A stretch of DNA of 64,000 nucleotides from Alteromonas naphthalenivorans (GTDB lineage Bacteria > Babelota > Babeliae > Babelales > CAIQNR01), in assembly GCA_047631715.1 (NCBI GenBank), contig JBLICC010000001.1, positions 1 to 64,000 on the forward strand. Reading direction: 5' to 3'. The first letter of the stretch is position 1. Every line of letters begins with the position of its first letter. The notes below the pieces were generated by a model. The model was not told the DNA's origin, did not search any database, and saw only the letters and a list, made by a program, of their open reading frames with translations. The translations under genes and the position numbers were made by a program. This document shows, one piece after another, positions 1 through 9,519 of this stretch.

Positions 1-370
1 GCAATTGATAGTTTGGATCTGTATATAAAGAAATTGCATGTTCTATATTTTCTTTCTTCATAGGTATTGGTATTGGATTTGTATCATCAATTCCTAAATC
101 CTCAATCAGGCTATTGATGGTCTCAAAGATATTATCGTCAGGATTGTTTGTACTAAAAGGTAAAGTAACTATTTTTCCATCCTTAGACTTAAGCTTAATG
201 GCTGAATCATGATTAAGAATATCTGCTGCTGAAAAAGACCCTGCCAAAAATCCTAAAGATGCCTGCGAAACAAGATTATATGGTTGCATTGTATCTGCTG
301 CTGGCACCGCTGCACCATGCAAACCGATTGTCGAAAATAAGCTAAAAGCTAATAATAATTTTTTCTTCAT
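1..370 (-). CDS. Partial (N-terminal) secreted Skp1-like domain protein, paralog of 1730..3679, runs off the window edge; LRRs presumably follow
   Basis: ATG at 370 with GGAG RBS; translates MKKKLLLAFSLFSTIGLHGAAVPAADTMQPY...LIEDLGIDDTNPIPIP..., nearly identical to the 5' end of 1730..3679. Confidence 0.85.
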   Translation of the reverse strand, partial: MKKKLLLAFSLFSTIGLHGAAVPAADTMQPYNLVSQASLGFLAGSFSAADILNHDSAIKLKSKDGKIVTLPFSTNNPDDNIFETINSLIEDLGIDDTNPIPIPMKKENIEHAISLYTDPNYQL

Positions 371-388
371 TTGTTTCTCCATTATTTA

Positions 389-1699
389 TTATTTATTCAT
401 TAATAATAGTACTTTGCAATCCTGTGGCACCTGTGCTCTAATTTGGTCTTTTTGTTCTTTTGGAATTTGGTTGAAACTAAGGCTGAGCCATTTTAATGCA
501 GGTAAGTTATTAAAGGTCTGTGGATCAATAGTAGTGATTTGGTTATTAGTGAGCTGGATCCATTCTAGTGCAGGTAAGTTATTAAAGGTTTGTGGGTCAA
601 GAGCAGTTATTTGATTGTTATGAAGGTAGAGATGTGTTAATGCAAGTAAGTGAGTAAAGGTTTGAGGATCAATAGTAGTGATTTGGTTATGATCGATGTT
701 GAGATATGTTAATGCAGGTAAGTTATTAAAGGTCTGTGGGTCAATAGCAGTGATTTGGTTGTTATTGAGTTCGAGATGTTCTAATGCAAGTAAGTTATTA
801 AAGGTCTGTGGGTCAATAGCCGTGATTTGGTTGTTATAAAGGAAGATCGATTCTAATGCAGGTAAATTAGTAAAGGCCTGTGGATCAATAGTAGTGATTT
901 GGCTGTCACTAAGCCAGAGAGTTTCTAGTGCAGGTAAATTAGTAAAGGTTTGTGGGTCAATAGAAGTGATTTGGTTGTTATTGAGTAAGAGACATCTTAC
1001 TCCCGAAAGATTTAAATTTCTTAAACCTCTTAAAGAGACAATGTTTTTATATTTAAGATTAAGAGTTCCATTTTCAATTTCAGGTATTTTATTTGCATCG
1101 ATCAAGTTCTGAATAGAAACATGTTTATGTGAACGATGTGCATAGTTATTAATTCTATAATTTACGTTATTTTTTTGTGTGAATTCACCTTGTAATACAA
1201 TATTATTATTTACAGTATCGTGAGCAAGATTATTTATATCTCTATCCATATCCATTTGTTGCAAAACAGTACGAGCAGGAGCAGCATGATACACATCGGC
1301 AGTGCTATTAAGGGGATTGTTTAACCATGCAATATAGAATGGTTCCAAAAAATATTTTGCATCAAGATAATCAAGTGCTACTAGTAAACTTTCAGGAGTA
1401 ACCTGTGTGGCTCTTTGTTCGGAATAAGCTACTGGTAATACATAACCAGGATCTGTATATAAACGAATGATATGGTTCAAATGTTTTGAATCGATGTTAG
1501 GTAATGGAATAGCAGGAGCATTTGCATCATTTCCTAAATCACCTATAAGATTATCAATAGTTGTACTATGAATGTTTGCAGGCATATTAAATTCTTTGCC
1601 ATCATTTGATACAACTTTAATTACATTCACTACTGGCGCCGCTGTACCTTGCAAACCGATTATCGAAAATAAGCTTAAAGCTAATAATAATTTTTTCAT
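389..1699 (-). CDS. Secreted Skp1/BTB-POZ-like + leucine-rich-repeat protein (about 8 LRRs)
   Basis: Signal peptide MKKLLLALSL; IKVVSNDGKEF..STTIDNLIGDLG..IPLPNIDSKHL..LLVALDYLDAK resembles Skp1; 24-aa LxxLxLxxNQITxIDPQTFxxLP repeats; start 1699 chosen from GGAG RBS (ORF track starts at 1711). Confidence 0.85.
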   Translation of the reverse strand: MKKLLLALSLFSIIGLQGTAAPVVNVIKVVSNDGKEFNMPANIHSTTIDNLIGDLGNDANAPAIPLPNIDSKHLNHIIRLYTDPGYVLPVAYSEQRATQVTPESLLVALDYLDAKYFLEPFYIAWLNNPLNSTADVYHAAPARTVLQQMDMDRDINNLAHDTVNNNIVLQGEFTQKNNVNYRINNYAHRSHKHVSIQNLIDANKIPEIENGTLNLKYKNIVSLRGLRNLNLSGVRCLLLNNNQITSIDPQTFTNLPALETLWLSDSQITTIDPQAFTNLPALESIFLYNNQITAIDPQTFNNLLALEHLELNNNQITAIDPQTFNNLPALTYLNIDHNQITTIDPQTFTHLLALTHLYLHNNQITALDPQTFNNLPALEWIQLTNNQITTIDPQTFNNLPALKWLSLSFNQIPKEQKDQIRAQVPQDCKVLLLMNK

Positions 1700-1729
1700 T
1701 TGAATCTCCATTATTTATTTTTTATTTAT

Positions 1730-3679
1730 TTAAAATTCCACGAGGCAATCTGCGGGAACTATAGCTTTAATTTGGACTTTTTGTTCTTGGGGAATTTGGT
1801 TGTTATTGAGTCGGAGAGTGTATAGTTCAGGTAAGTTATTAAAGGTCTGTGGGTCAATAGCAGTGATTTGATTGTTCTCAAGGGCGAGACCTTCTAGTCT
1901 AGATAAATTATTAAAGGTCTGTGGGGCAATAGTAGTGATTTGATTGTTATTGAGGTAGAGAACTTCTAGTCTAGATAAATTAGTAAAGGTTTGTGGGTCA
2001 ATAGCAGTGATTTGATTGTTACCAAGATTGAGGTCTTCTAGTCTAGATAAAATAGTAAAGGTTTGTGGGTCAATAGCAGTTATTTGGTTGTCATCGAGTT
2101 CAAGATTGTATAGTGTAAGTAAATTAGTAAAGGTCTGTGGATCAATAGCAGTTATTTGGTTGTTATGGAGTGTGAGGAATCTTAATTCAGGTAAGTTATT
2201 AAAGGTCTGTGGATCAATAGCAGTGATTTGATTGTTATTGAGTTGGAGAGTGTATAGTTCAGGTAAATTATTAAAGGTCTGTGGATCAATAGCAGTGATT
2301 TGATTGTTACCAAGAGTGAGTTCTTCTAGTCTAGGTAAATTATTAAAGGTCTGTGCGGCAATAGTAGTGATTTGGTTGTTATTGAGTCGGAGACCGTGTA
2401 GTGCAGGTAAGTTATTAAAGGTCTGTGGGTTAATAGCAGTGATTTGATTGTTATTGAGATAGAGACTTTCTAGTCTAGGTAAATTATTAAAGGTCTGTGG
2501 ATCAATAGTAGTGATTTGGTTGTTATTGAGGTAGAGATATTCTAATGCAGGTAAGTTAGTAAAGACCTGTGGGTCAATAGTAGTGATTTGGTTGTGCTCA
2601 AGGTGGAGAGTTTTTAATGCAGGTAAGTGAGTAAAGGTCTGTGGGTCAATAGCAGTGATTTGGTTGTTATTGAGTCGGAGATCGTGTAGTGCAGGTAAGT
2701 TATTAAAGGTCTGTGGGTTAATAGCAGTGATTTGATTGTTATTGAGATAGAGATCGTATAGTGCAGGTAAGTTATTAAAGGTCTGTGGGTCAATAGTAGT
2801 GATTTGGTTGTTATCAAGGTAGAGCCTTTTTAATGCAGGTAAGTTATTAAAGGCCTGTGGATCAATAGCAGTGATTTGGTTGTTTCTAAGATTTAATTCT
2901 TGCAAAGTAGAAAGATCTAAATTTTCTAAACCTTCTAAAGAACCAATGTTTTTATCGCTAAGATTAAGTTCTCCATCTACAATTTCAGGTATTTTATTTG
3001 CATCGATCAAGTTCTGAATAGAAACATGATAAAGTTGACGAAGTGCATGATTATTAATGTTATTAGTATCTTCTGCATTTAGCTCTAAATTAGTGCTTAG
3101 AAGTGCTCCTGGCGCATCAATTCCTAGTCCCATTTGATTATAACCTATAAAAGCAGGAACATTGTGGTGAACTTCTTCTTGTTGATTTTGAGGATGATTT
3201 AACCATGCAGTATAAAACTTTTTAGTTAGATTTTTTGCATCAAGATAATCTAATGTCTGTAAAATACTTAATGGTGTAACATCTTCATCTATTTGTTCTT
3301 GATCTGTTACTGGCAATTGATAGTTTGGATCTGTATATAAAGAAATTGCATGTTCTATATTTTCTTTCTTCATAGGTATTGGTATTGGATTTGTATCATC
3401 AATTCCTAAATCCTCAATCAGGCTATTGATGGTCTCAAACATATTATCGTCAGGATTATTTGTACTAAAAGGTAAAGTAACTATTTTTCCATCCTTAGAC
3501 TTAAGTTTAACGGCTGAATCATGATTAAGAATATCTGCTGCTGAAAAAGACCCTGCCAAAAATCCTAAAGATGCCTGCGAAACAATATTATACGGTTGCA
3601 TTGTATCTGCTGCTGGCGCCGCTGCACCATGCAAACCGATTGTCGAAAATAAGCTAAAAGCTAATAATAATTTTTTCAT
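1730..3679 (-). CDS. Secreted Skp1/BTB-POZ-like + leucine-rich-repeat protein (about 16 LRRs)
   Basis: Signal peptide; VKLKSKDGK..TINSLIEDLG..PIPIP..ILQTLDYLDAK; 16 NQI-containing 24-aa repeats; AGGAGG RBS. Confidence 0.88.
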   Translation of the reverse strand: MKKLLLAFSLFSTIGLHGAAAPAADTMQPYNIVSQASLGFLAGSFSAADILNHDSAVKLKSKDGKIVTLPFSTNNPDDNMFETINSLIEDLGIDDTNPIPIPMKKENIEHAISLYTDPNYQLPVTDQEQIDEDVTPLSILQTLDYLDAKNLTKKFYTAWLNHPQNQQEEVHHNVPAFIGYNQMGLGIDAPGALLSTNLELNAEDTNNINNHALRQLYHVSIQNLIDANKIPEIVDGELNLSDKNIGSLEGLENLDLSTLQELNLRNNQITAIDPQAFNNLPALKRLYLDNNQITTIDPQTFNNLPALYDLYLNNNQITAINPQTFNNLPALHDLRLNNNQITAIDPQTFTHLPALKTLHLEHNQITTIDPQVFTNLPALEYLYLNNNQITTIDPQTFNNLPRLESLYLNNNQITAINPQTFNNLPALHGLRLNNNQITTIAAQTFNNLPRLEELTLGNNQITAIDPQTFNNLPELYTLQLNNNQITAIDPQTFNNLPELRFLTLHNNQITAIDPQTFTNLLTLYNLELDDNQITAIDPQTFTILSRLEDLNLGNNQITAIDPQTFTNLSRLEVLYLNNNQITTIAPQTFNNLSRLEGLALENNQITAIDPQTFNNLPELYTLRLNNNQIPQEQKVQIKAIVPADCLVEF

Positions 3680-3722
3680 TTGAACCTCCTTAACATTCTA
3701 TCCATTTTTTATCTTAGAATTA

Positions 3723-3750
3723 ATTATAGAGATTAATTTCTATTTGTCAA
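3723..3750 (-). promoter_or_regulatory. Sigma70-type promoter for the Skp1-LRR array
   Basis: Minus strand TTGACA-16 nt-TATAAT about 45 nt upstream of the 3679 start. Confidence 0.65.
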
Positions 3751-3916
3751 ACAGGGGGGGGTGCGTAAAGATGAGCTTAAAAGACAGGATTTAAGGTCAT
3801 AGAGCTACGTGAGCTATTGCATTGTTATTGTGATGAATTTTAAAATAAACGAGAATGAGCTTATTTTCGATGAATTTTATTTTTTAAGAGAAAACTAAAT
3901 AGATGGTAGTAAAGTT

Positions 3917-4033
3917 GAGTCATCCTGAGTGGGCACCGTTAGGTGGTTGTATCGAAGGGTGTTAAAGAAAATCGTTCTCTTTTATCCTTCGATACAATTT
4001 TTCGTTATCACTTAAAATCACTCAGGATGACTC
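3917..4033. repeat. REP/MITE-like palindromic element, full copy
   Basis: Perfect 15-bp terminal inverted repeat GAGTCATCCTGAGTG/CACTCAGGATGACTC with inner TTGTATCGAAGG/CCTTCGATACAA; related copies elsewhere in the window. Confidence 0.8.
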
Positions 4034-4059
4034 GTTTTTAGTTTGAATAAGAATGAAGT

Positions 4060-4764
4060 CTAGCTAGAATGGTTTGGGTTTGGGGTATCTGTTTGTTTTT
4101 TATCTGTATTATCTTTATCCGTATGCTTTTTGATGTTGTAGATACGAGAAAGTGGATCAAAGAAGGCACGGAGTTCTAATGCAGCAAGAGCATTTTTAGC
4201 AGCTAAGTGGTTTTGTTTTGCATAGATGGGTGGAAGAAAGAGCTGGGGTTTATCGTTGGTAAGCGTAATGCCTTCGGGTACATAAATTGTTTCTGGTTCT
4301 GCAAATACTACTAATGTGTTAACAGGTAAATGTTTGTCTGATGGTAATGTTGATTTTTTTACATCCCAAAAAGAAAGTTTTGTACGTGCATCGGTTTCGC
4401 GTTTAAGAGTATAAAAAGCATGTTTTGAATTTTTTCTTACTTGCCAATGATGAATTGTGTTTTCTAACATAAAAATTGGTTCTGGATTATCACATACTAA
4501 TAATGAGAAATCTGGCTTTTGATGCCGGCGGGGAAACATAATTTCTCCCGATTTATCAGAAGTTGCCATAAATCCAAAATACGAAACAACAATGCCCGAA
4601 CGTGGATTTTTCTTCTTTAACGATACTTTTTTAAAACTGTTTTTTTCGATAGTAGGATAATCCTTAAAGAAAAACGTTATCATATGCGGACTAAATCCTT
4701 TTGCAACAACATTTTTTGTACCTATCACTAACAAGAATAATAAAACTTTGGTTATTTTTTTCAT
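4060..4764 (-). CDS. Hypothetical secreted protein
   Basis: 234-aa ORF with signal-like N-terminus and GGGGGAG RBS. Confidence 0.7.
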   Translation of the reverse strand: MKKITKVLLFLLVIGTKNVVAKGFSPHMITFFFKDYPTIEKNSFKKVSLKKKNPRSGIVVSYFGFMATSDKSGEIMFPRRHQKPDFSLLVCDNPEPIFMLENTIHHWQVRKNSKHAFYTLKRETDARTKLSFWDVKKSTLPSDKHLPVNTLVVFAEPETIYVPEGITLTNDKPQLFLPPIYAKQNHLAAKNALAALELRAFFDPLSRIYNIKKHTDKDNTDKKQTDTPNPNHSS

Positions 4765-5028
4765 TTACTCCCCCTTTTTTAGAAAATAACGACCACTACA
4801 TCCTTGTAGTCTAACAATTGCTCATATCTAAAGTAAATAAAAAGTTTTATATAAGAAAATAATCTCATTTTTTATATTACTTTAATAAACTTATTAGAAA
4901 AACTATGCCGTTTGTTTATACAAAAAAAATAAAATTAATAAAAAAGAGTAGTTGCTTGTAGGTGTAATTTTTTTTAAGGTGTAACAACTGGAATTTTGAG
5001 GGTTACTACCACAAAACAAGGAGAGAAG

Positions 5029-6462
5029 ATGAAAATAAGACAAGAAACTATGAAGAAAAACATTGTAAGTAGTTACATGGCTGGCGTTAAAGACAGTGAG
5101 CATGGACAAGGTTTTGGCGATATTACGCGTTACTTTATTCCTGAGTTTATCTCTGCCGTTATCTTGTATTCGGTGCCCCTTCTTATTGATGCCCGGTGGA
5201 TTGCGCATCTTCAATCTACGTCGGCATATGCCACATTGGGTATCACAAATACGCTTTTGCATTCAATTATAAAAATAGCAGAAGGTATTTCAGTAGGTAC
5301 TATTATTATGACAGGACAATTAAATGGTGTAGGGCATTTTAAACGCGCGGGCAATGCGTTGATTAATTCTTTCTGGACAACAGTTTTAACCGGTGGGTGT
5401 GTAGCAAGTCTTTTATTCTTGGGAGCTTCAAGAATTTATGTTTGGTATGGCGTTCCGGCAGAAATGGTTGTTTTGGGTGTTCCATTTTTGCGTATACGCG
5501 CAATAGGAATCTTTTTTACATTTGTTTATTTTGCTTTTATTGGTTTTTTGCGAGGTATAAAAGATACCGAAACGCCTATGAATATATTTATTTTGGGTAG
5601 TATTGTTTTTCTTTTCTTTGACTATGCACTTATTTTTGGGGCATTTGGTTTTCCTGCAATGGGATTACTGGGGTCTGCAATTGCTTCTGTAGCGCAATAT
5701 TCTTTTATGACTATGGCAGCGCTTTTTTATGTTATTAAGAGCGACATGCTTAAAAAATACGAAATTAATCTATTCAGTGCTTTTGCTTCATGGGATCGAG
5801 CTAAAGAGCTTTTTTCTGTGAGTTGGCCAGTAATGATAGATAAAGCAGCACTTTCTTGCTCATATGTTTGGCTTGGATATTGCTTGGCTCCCATGGGTAC
5901 TTGTGCCTTGGCAAGTTTTTCAGTAGTTAAAGATTTAGAGCGATTTGCGCTTTTACCGGCTATTGCATTTGCCCAAGTTATTACGTTCTTGGTGAGTAAC
6001 TATTATGGCAAGCAGGAGTGGGACAGTATAAAAAGTACCATTAAGAAAATAGTGTTTATGTCTTCTATTGGAGTATTTATTATTTTGTTTTGTTGTTCTT
6101 TATGGCCAACCTCTATTATTCAAATATTTGATTTTAAAGGAGAATTTACCTCCTTTGCAGCTAAAGCGTTTCCTATTATAAGTGTACTTGCGTTCTTTGA
6201 TGTGTTACAATTAATCCTTGCAGGAGCACTTCGTGGAGCTGCAAACGTCCGCGTAGTTATGTGGACAAGACTTATAGTTTGCGGTTTAATTTTTGCTCCT
6301 ATGGCATACGGATTTTCTTGTTTAAATACACAAAATACGGTGCTTAAGTTTATTCTAGTATATAGCTCTCTCTATGTGTGTAATGCATTTATGAGTTTGA
6401 TATACATAAAACGATTTAGACAAGAAGCTTGGAAACAAAAAGCAGTAAAAGGTATTGGATGA
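5029..6462 (+). CDS. MATE family efflux transporter
   Basis: About 12 TM helices; GFLRGIKDTETPM, FGAFGFPAMGLLGSAIAS, GALRGAA motifs; ATG 5029 after AGGAG. Confidence 0.9.
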   Translation: MKIRQETMKKNIVSSYMAGVKDSEHGQGFGDITRYFIPEFISAVILYSVPLLIDARWIAHLQSTSAYATLGITNTLLHSIIKIAEGISVGTIIMTGQLNGVGHFKRAGNALINSFWTTVLTGGCVASLLFLGASRIYVWYGVPAEMVVLGVPFLRIRAIGIFFTFVYFAFIGFLRGIKDTETPMNIFILGSIVFLFFDYALIFGAFGFPAMGLLGSAIASVAQYSFMTMAALFYVIKSDMLKKYEINLFSAFASWDRAKELFSVSWPVMIDKAALSCSYVWLGYCLAPMGTCALASFSVVKDLERFALLPAIAFAQVITFLVSNYYGKQEWDSIKSTIKKIVFMSSIGVFIILFCCSLWPTSIIQIFDFKGEFTSFAAKAFPIISVLAFFDVLQLILAGALRGAANVRVVMWTRLIVCGLIFAPMAYGFSCLNTQNTVLKFILVYSSLYVCNAFMSLIYIKRFRQEAWKQKAVKGIG

Positions 6463-6743
6463 AAATTACCAAAGAAGAAGCGATTAAAATAGCGAGTATT
6501 TCGCGTATTGCACTTAAAGATTCAGAAATAGATCCGCTTATAAAGCAGTTAGAAGCGGTATTGTCTTATGCTGAGCGTGTAACGCAAGTGGCGGCTGAAC
6601 TAGATGATCAGCCATCTAATAGAAACGTTAATTTTTTGCGCGAAGACGTTGTAGTAAAATGTGATCCGGAACCTATTTTAGAACGGGCACCAGAACGAGA
6701 AGAAAATTATTTTGTCGTTCCAAAAATTTTAGACAAGAAGTAA
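6459..6743 (+). CDS. gatC: Asp/Glu-tRNA amidotransferase subunit C
   Basis: MKITKEEAIKIASISRI..LREDVV..APEREENYFVVPKIL; ATGA overlap with the MATE stop; directly upstream of gatA. Confidence 0.92.
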   Translation: MKITKEEAIKIASISRIALKDSEIDPLIKQLEAVLSYAERVTQVAAELDDQPSNRNVNFLREDVVVKCDPEPILERAPEREENYFVVPKILDKK

Positions 6744-6756
6744 CACGAGGTTCGGC

Positions 6757-8193
6757 ATGAAAGATTTGGCATTTAAGACAATTAAAGAGCTTAAACAATT
6801 ATTAGAAAATGGAGATGTCTCGCACGAGCAAGTGCTTGATTATTTTATTGATCGCGCTGAGAAAAATAAAGATTTAGGTGCAGTACTAGAGGTTTTTGAT
6901 AAAGAATCAATTCTTAATAACTTTAAATCTCTGGGTATACTTTCGGCAATTCCTGGATATATCAAAGATAATATTTGCCAAAAAAATCGTATTTCTTCTT
7001 GTGGATCAAAGATTTTAGAAAATTTTACTTCTAACTACAGTGCAACGGTTGTAGATCGTTTACAGCAGGAAGGTGCTTTTCTTTTAGGAAGAGCTAACAT
7101 GGATGAATTTGCTATGGGAAGCTCAGGTGAAACTTCAGCTTTTGGTAAAACAAAAAATCCATGGGATACTTCTCGCGTTCCAGGTGGTTCTAGTAGTGGT
7201 TCTGCTGCTCTTGTTGCAGCTGGTCTTGCACCATGGGCTCTTGGGTCCGATACTGGTGGCTCTGTTCGTCAGCCTGCAGCATTTTGTGGAATTGTAGGCC
7301 TTAAACCAACATACGGTTTAAATTCTCGTTATGGACTTATTGCATATGGATCTTCACTTGATACAGTGGGTATTTTTTCTCGTACTGTTTATGACAATGC
7401 CTTGGTTCTTTCTGCTATTGCAGGTTTAGATCTTAAAGATTCCTCAAGCTTAGCTGTTGAAAAGAAAGATTATACACAACGTTTAGATGGGTCTCTTCCA
7501 AAAACATTCACGATTGGTGTTATAGAAGATGCTCTTGAAGCAGAAGGTTTGCATCCTGATGTTAAAAAAGGCGTAGAAGACGCTATTAAAGTGTATGAAG
7601 ATATGGGAGCAACGGTAAAACGTATGCGTATTAAAACATTAGAATATTGTGCTGCTTCATACTTTATTATTAGTCGTGCAGAAGCCGCTTCTAATCTTGC
7701 TCGTTTTGACGGTGTGCGTTATGGAATGCGCGTAAAAGAAAAAAACTTACTTAATATGTACGAACAGACCAGAAGCGATGGTTTTGGTGCCGAAGTAAAG
7801 GCTCGTATCATGGTAGGTAATTATGTGCTCTCTGTAGGTCATGCGGGTGATTATTACGACAATGCGCAACGTGTTCGTCGTGCAATTCGTCAAGAATTAC
7901 AAGATGCATTCAGAAACGTTGATGTACTAGTTATGCCAACTCATTCTGCTCCTGCGTTTAAGTTTGGTGCGTTTGATGACAATAAACTAGAAATGGATTT
8001 GCAAGATTACTTTACTGCACCAGTTAATTTAGCTGGCGTTCCGGCAATATCTATTCCGGTAGGGTTCTCTAAAGATAACATGCCTCTTGGTATGCAATTA
8101 ATAGGTCCACATCTTTCTGAAGGTTTGTTGTATCAGGCTGCTCATGCGTATCAACAAAAAACAGATTGGCATACAAAACACCCTGTTATTTAA
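6757..8193 (+). CDS. gatA: Asp/Glu-tRNA amidotransferase subunit A
   Basis: Amidase signature GGSSSGSA, GSDTGGSVRQPA, SNLARFDGVRYG. Confidence 0.97.
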   Translation: MKDLAFKTIKELKQLLENGDVSHEQVLDYFIDRAEKNKDLGAVLEVFDKESILNNFKSLGILSAIPGYIKDNICQKNRISSCGSKILENFTSNYSATVVDRLQQEGAFLLGRANMDEFAMGSSGETSAFGKTKNPWDTSRVPGGSSSGSAALVAAGLAPWALGSDTGGSVRQPAAFCGIVGLKPTYGLNSRYGLIAYGSSLDTVGIFSRTVYDNALVLSAIAGLDLKDSSSLAVEKKDYTQRLDGSLPKTFTIGVIEDALEAEGLHPDVKKGVEDAIKVYEDMGATVKRMRIKTLEYCAASYFIISRAEAASNLARFDGVRYGMRVKEKNLLNMYEQTRSDGFGAEVKARIMVGNYVLSVGHAGDYYDNAQRVRRAIRQELQDAFRNVDVLVMPTHSAPAFKFGAFDDNKLEMDLQDYFTAPVNLAGVPAISIPVGFSKDNMPLGMQLIGPHLSEGLLYQAAHAYQQKTDWHTKHPVI

Positions 8194-8283
8194 TTCTATC
8201 TGTAAGCAAACTCTTGAAAAGAGCCTCTGTAGTTTTTTATACTGCTAAGTATATAGGCAGATATAAAATTACAGGGGATAGCA

Positions 8284-9147
8284 ATGAAATTAGGGTACGT
8301 TCTCTTATTGTTCTGCATTGTGTTGCCAATATATGCGGTCGATAAAAAGAAAAAAACAGAAGATACGCGTAAGTTTACATTAAAAGAAAAGCTTAAAAAG
8401 GGAAATCCATTCGATAGGTTAACGCCAAAGCGTGTTAATGGGTATATGAGAAATGTATTCCAAGACACTTATTCGATTGGAAAAAACATTTTTTCGCTAG
8501 AAACTATGCGTTTAACAACTATCACTCTTCCATTTTATCTTTTTGGTCGTCATTACGACGCTAAATTGCATAATAATTTTTATAATATCAATACTCATAA
8601 AAATAAAAATCAGCCACCAAAAGCTTTATCTAAAATTGCGCTTGATGATAAGTATATTTCTCTCCCTTTTGTTGCCCTTGGGTTGATTGGATTCATTCAT
8701 CATAATCCTTATGATCGCCGTAGAGGGCAAATATTTACCAATGGGTTGCTTTGGTGTTTTGCAACAAAGATTTTATTAAAACAAATTAAAGTTGAAGGTG
8801 GGTTAAGGCCTTGGCATGAAAATTTTGATAAACACAAACGTTCGCATGGGGGCAATCCGTCCGGTCATATGACGATTACCACGTATATGGCAGTTTTTTG
8901 GGGATTAGAAAAAGGTAAAGCTTGGGGTATTCCACTCGGTATGTTTACTGCATTTGCCCTAGGAATGAATGTTTCGAGTAATCATCACTATCTTTCACAG
9001 GGTATTGCGGGCATGGGGCTTGGTGCCATTGTGGGTGTTGCAACGCATGCTGCATTTAGAAATATAACAATGCCAAAGAATATGAACCTTGGTTTTGCAA
9101 CTGATGATCGTGGCAATTTGGGAGTACGATTTGCCTATGATTTTTAA
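8284..9147 (+). CDS. PAP2-family phosphatase-like membrane protein
   Basis: K..RP, PSGH and HYLSQ motifs; signal peptide; C-terminal VRFAYDF. Confidence 0.7.
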   Translation: MKLGYVLLLFCIVLPIYAVDKKKKTEDTRKFTLKEKLKKGNPFDRLTPKRVNGYMRNVFQDTYSIGKNIFSLETMRLTTITLPFYLFGRHYDAKLHNNFYNINTHKNKNQPPKALSKIALDDKYISLPFVALGLIGFIHHNPYDRRRGQIFTNGLLWCFATKILLKQIKVEGGLRPWHENFDKHKRSHGGNPSGHMTITTYMAVFWGLEKGKAWGIPLGMFTAFALGMNVSSNHHYLSQGIAGMGLGAIVGVATHAAFRNITMPKNMNLGFATDDRGNLGVRFAYDF

Positions 9148-9296
9148 ATAAAACCTCTTTCTACTTTCTTATTGACATTATTGGGCTTAATTTGTTGTCC
9201 CAGCTTGATTCGATATGGTATCTTGAAAAATATGTCCCTCTAAAGGGAAGGGGGAAAACCAAATAGGGCGTTCAGTCCGTAAAAAAGGAGAGAGAT

Positions 9297-9452
9297 ATGG
9301 AAGGATATTGCGTAAAGTGTAAGGCTAAGTGTGAGATTGCTGAAGGGCAAGAAGTAGAAATGAAAGCAAAAGGCGATAAAAAACGCCGTGCTATGAAGGG
9401 TAAGTGCGCTAAATGCGGCACAACTGTTTTCAGAATTCTACCAAATAAATAA
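9297..9452 (+). CDS. Small zinc-ribbon protein (DUF5679-like), absent from the ORF track
   Basis: AGGAG RBS; MEGYCVKCKAKCEIAEGQEVEMKAKGDKKRRAMKGKCAKCGTTVFRILPNK with two CxxC motifs. Confidence 0.85.
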   Translation: MEGYCVKCKAKCEIAEGQEVEMKAKGDKKRRAMKGKCAKCGTTVFRILPNK

Positions 9453-9473
9453 GCAACAAAGTCACTGATTACA

Positions 9474-9503
9474 AAAGAAGGAGCTCACTCGAGCTCCTTC
9501 TTT
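9474..9503. terminator. Bidirectional intrinsic terminator
   Basis: AAAGAAGGAGCTC-ACTC-GAGCTCCTTCTTT hairpin between convergent genes. Confidence 0.75.
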
Positions 9504-9519
9504 CTATTTATTACCAATA

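Noticed and set aside
1730..1750. C-terminal DCLVEF as a prenylation (CaaX) motif
   Set aside because: Cys is at -5, not -4, and the paralog extends further (CKVLLLMNK)
414..2817. Short repetitive ORFs antisense to or out of frame with the LRR genes (414..614, 894..1112, 2016..2231, 2614..2817)
   Set aside because: Shadows of the 72-nt LRR periodicity; no RBS or independent coding signal
430..2900. Regularly spaced DNA repeats resembling a CRISPR array
   Set aside because: Period is 72 nt, in frame inside protein genes, with no unique spacers and no cas genes
389..3679. Diversity-generating retroelement as the source of LRR variability
   Set aside because: No reverse transcriptase or non-coding template repeat in the window; differences do not appear confined to adenines
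9170..9296. Purine-rich leader upstream of the small zinc-ribbon gene as a riboswitch
   Set aside because: Only short hairpins are visible; no recognisable aptamer consensus
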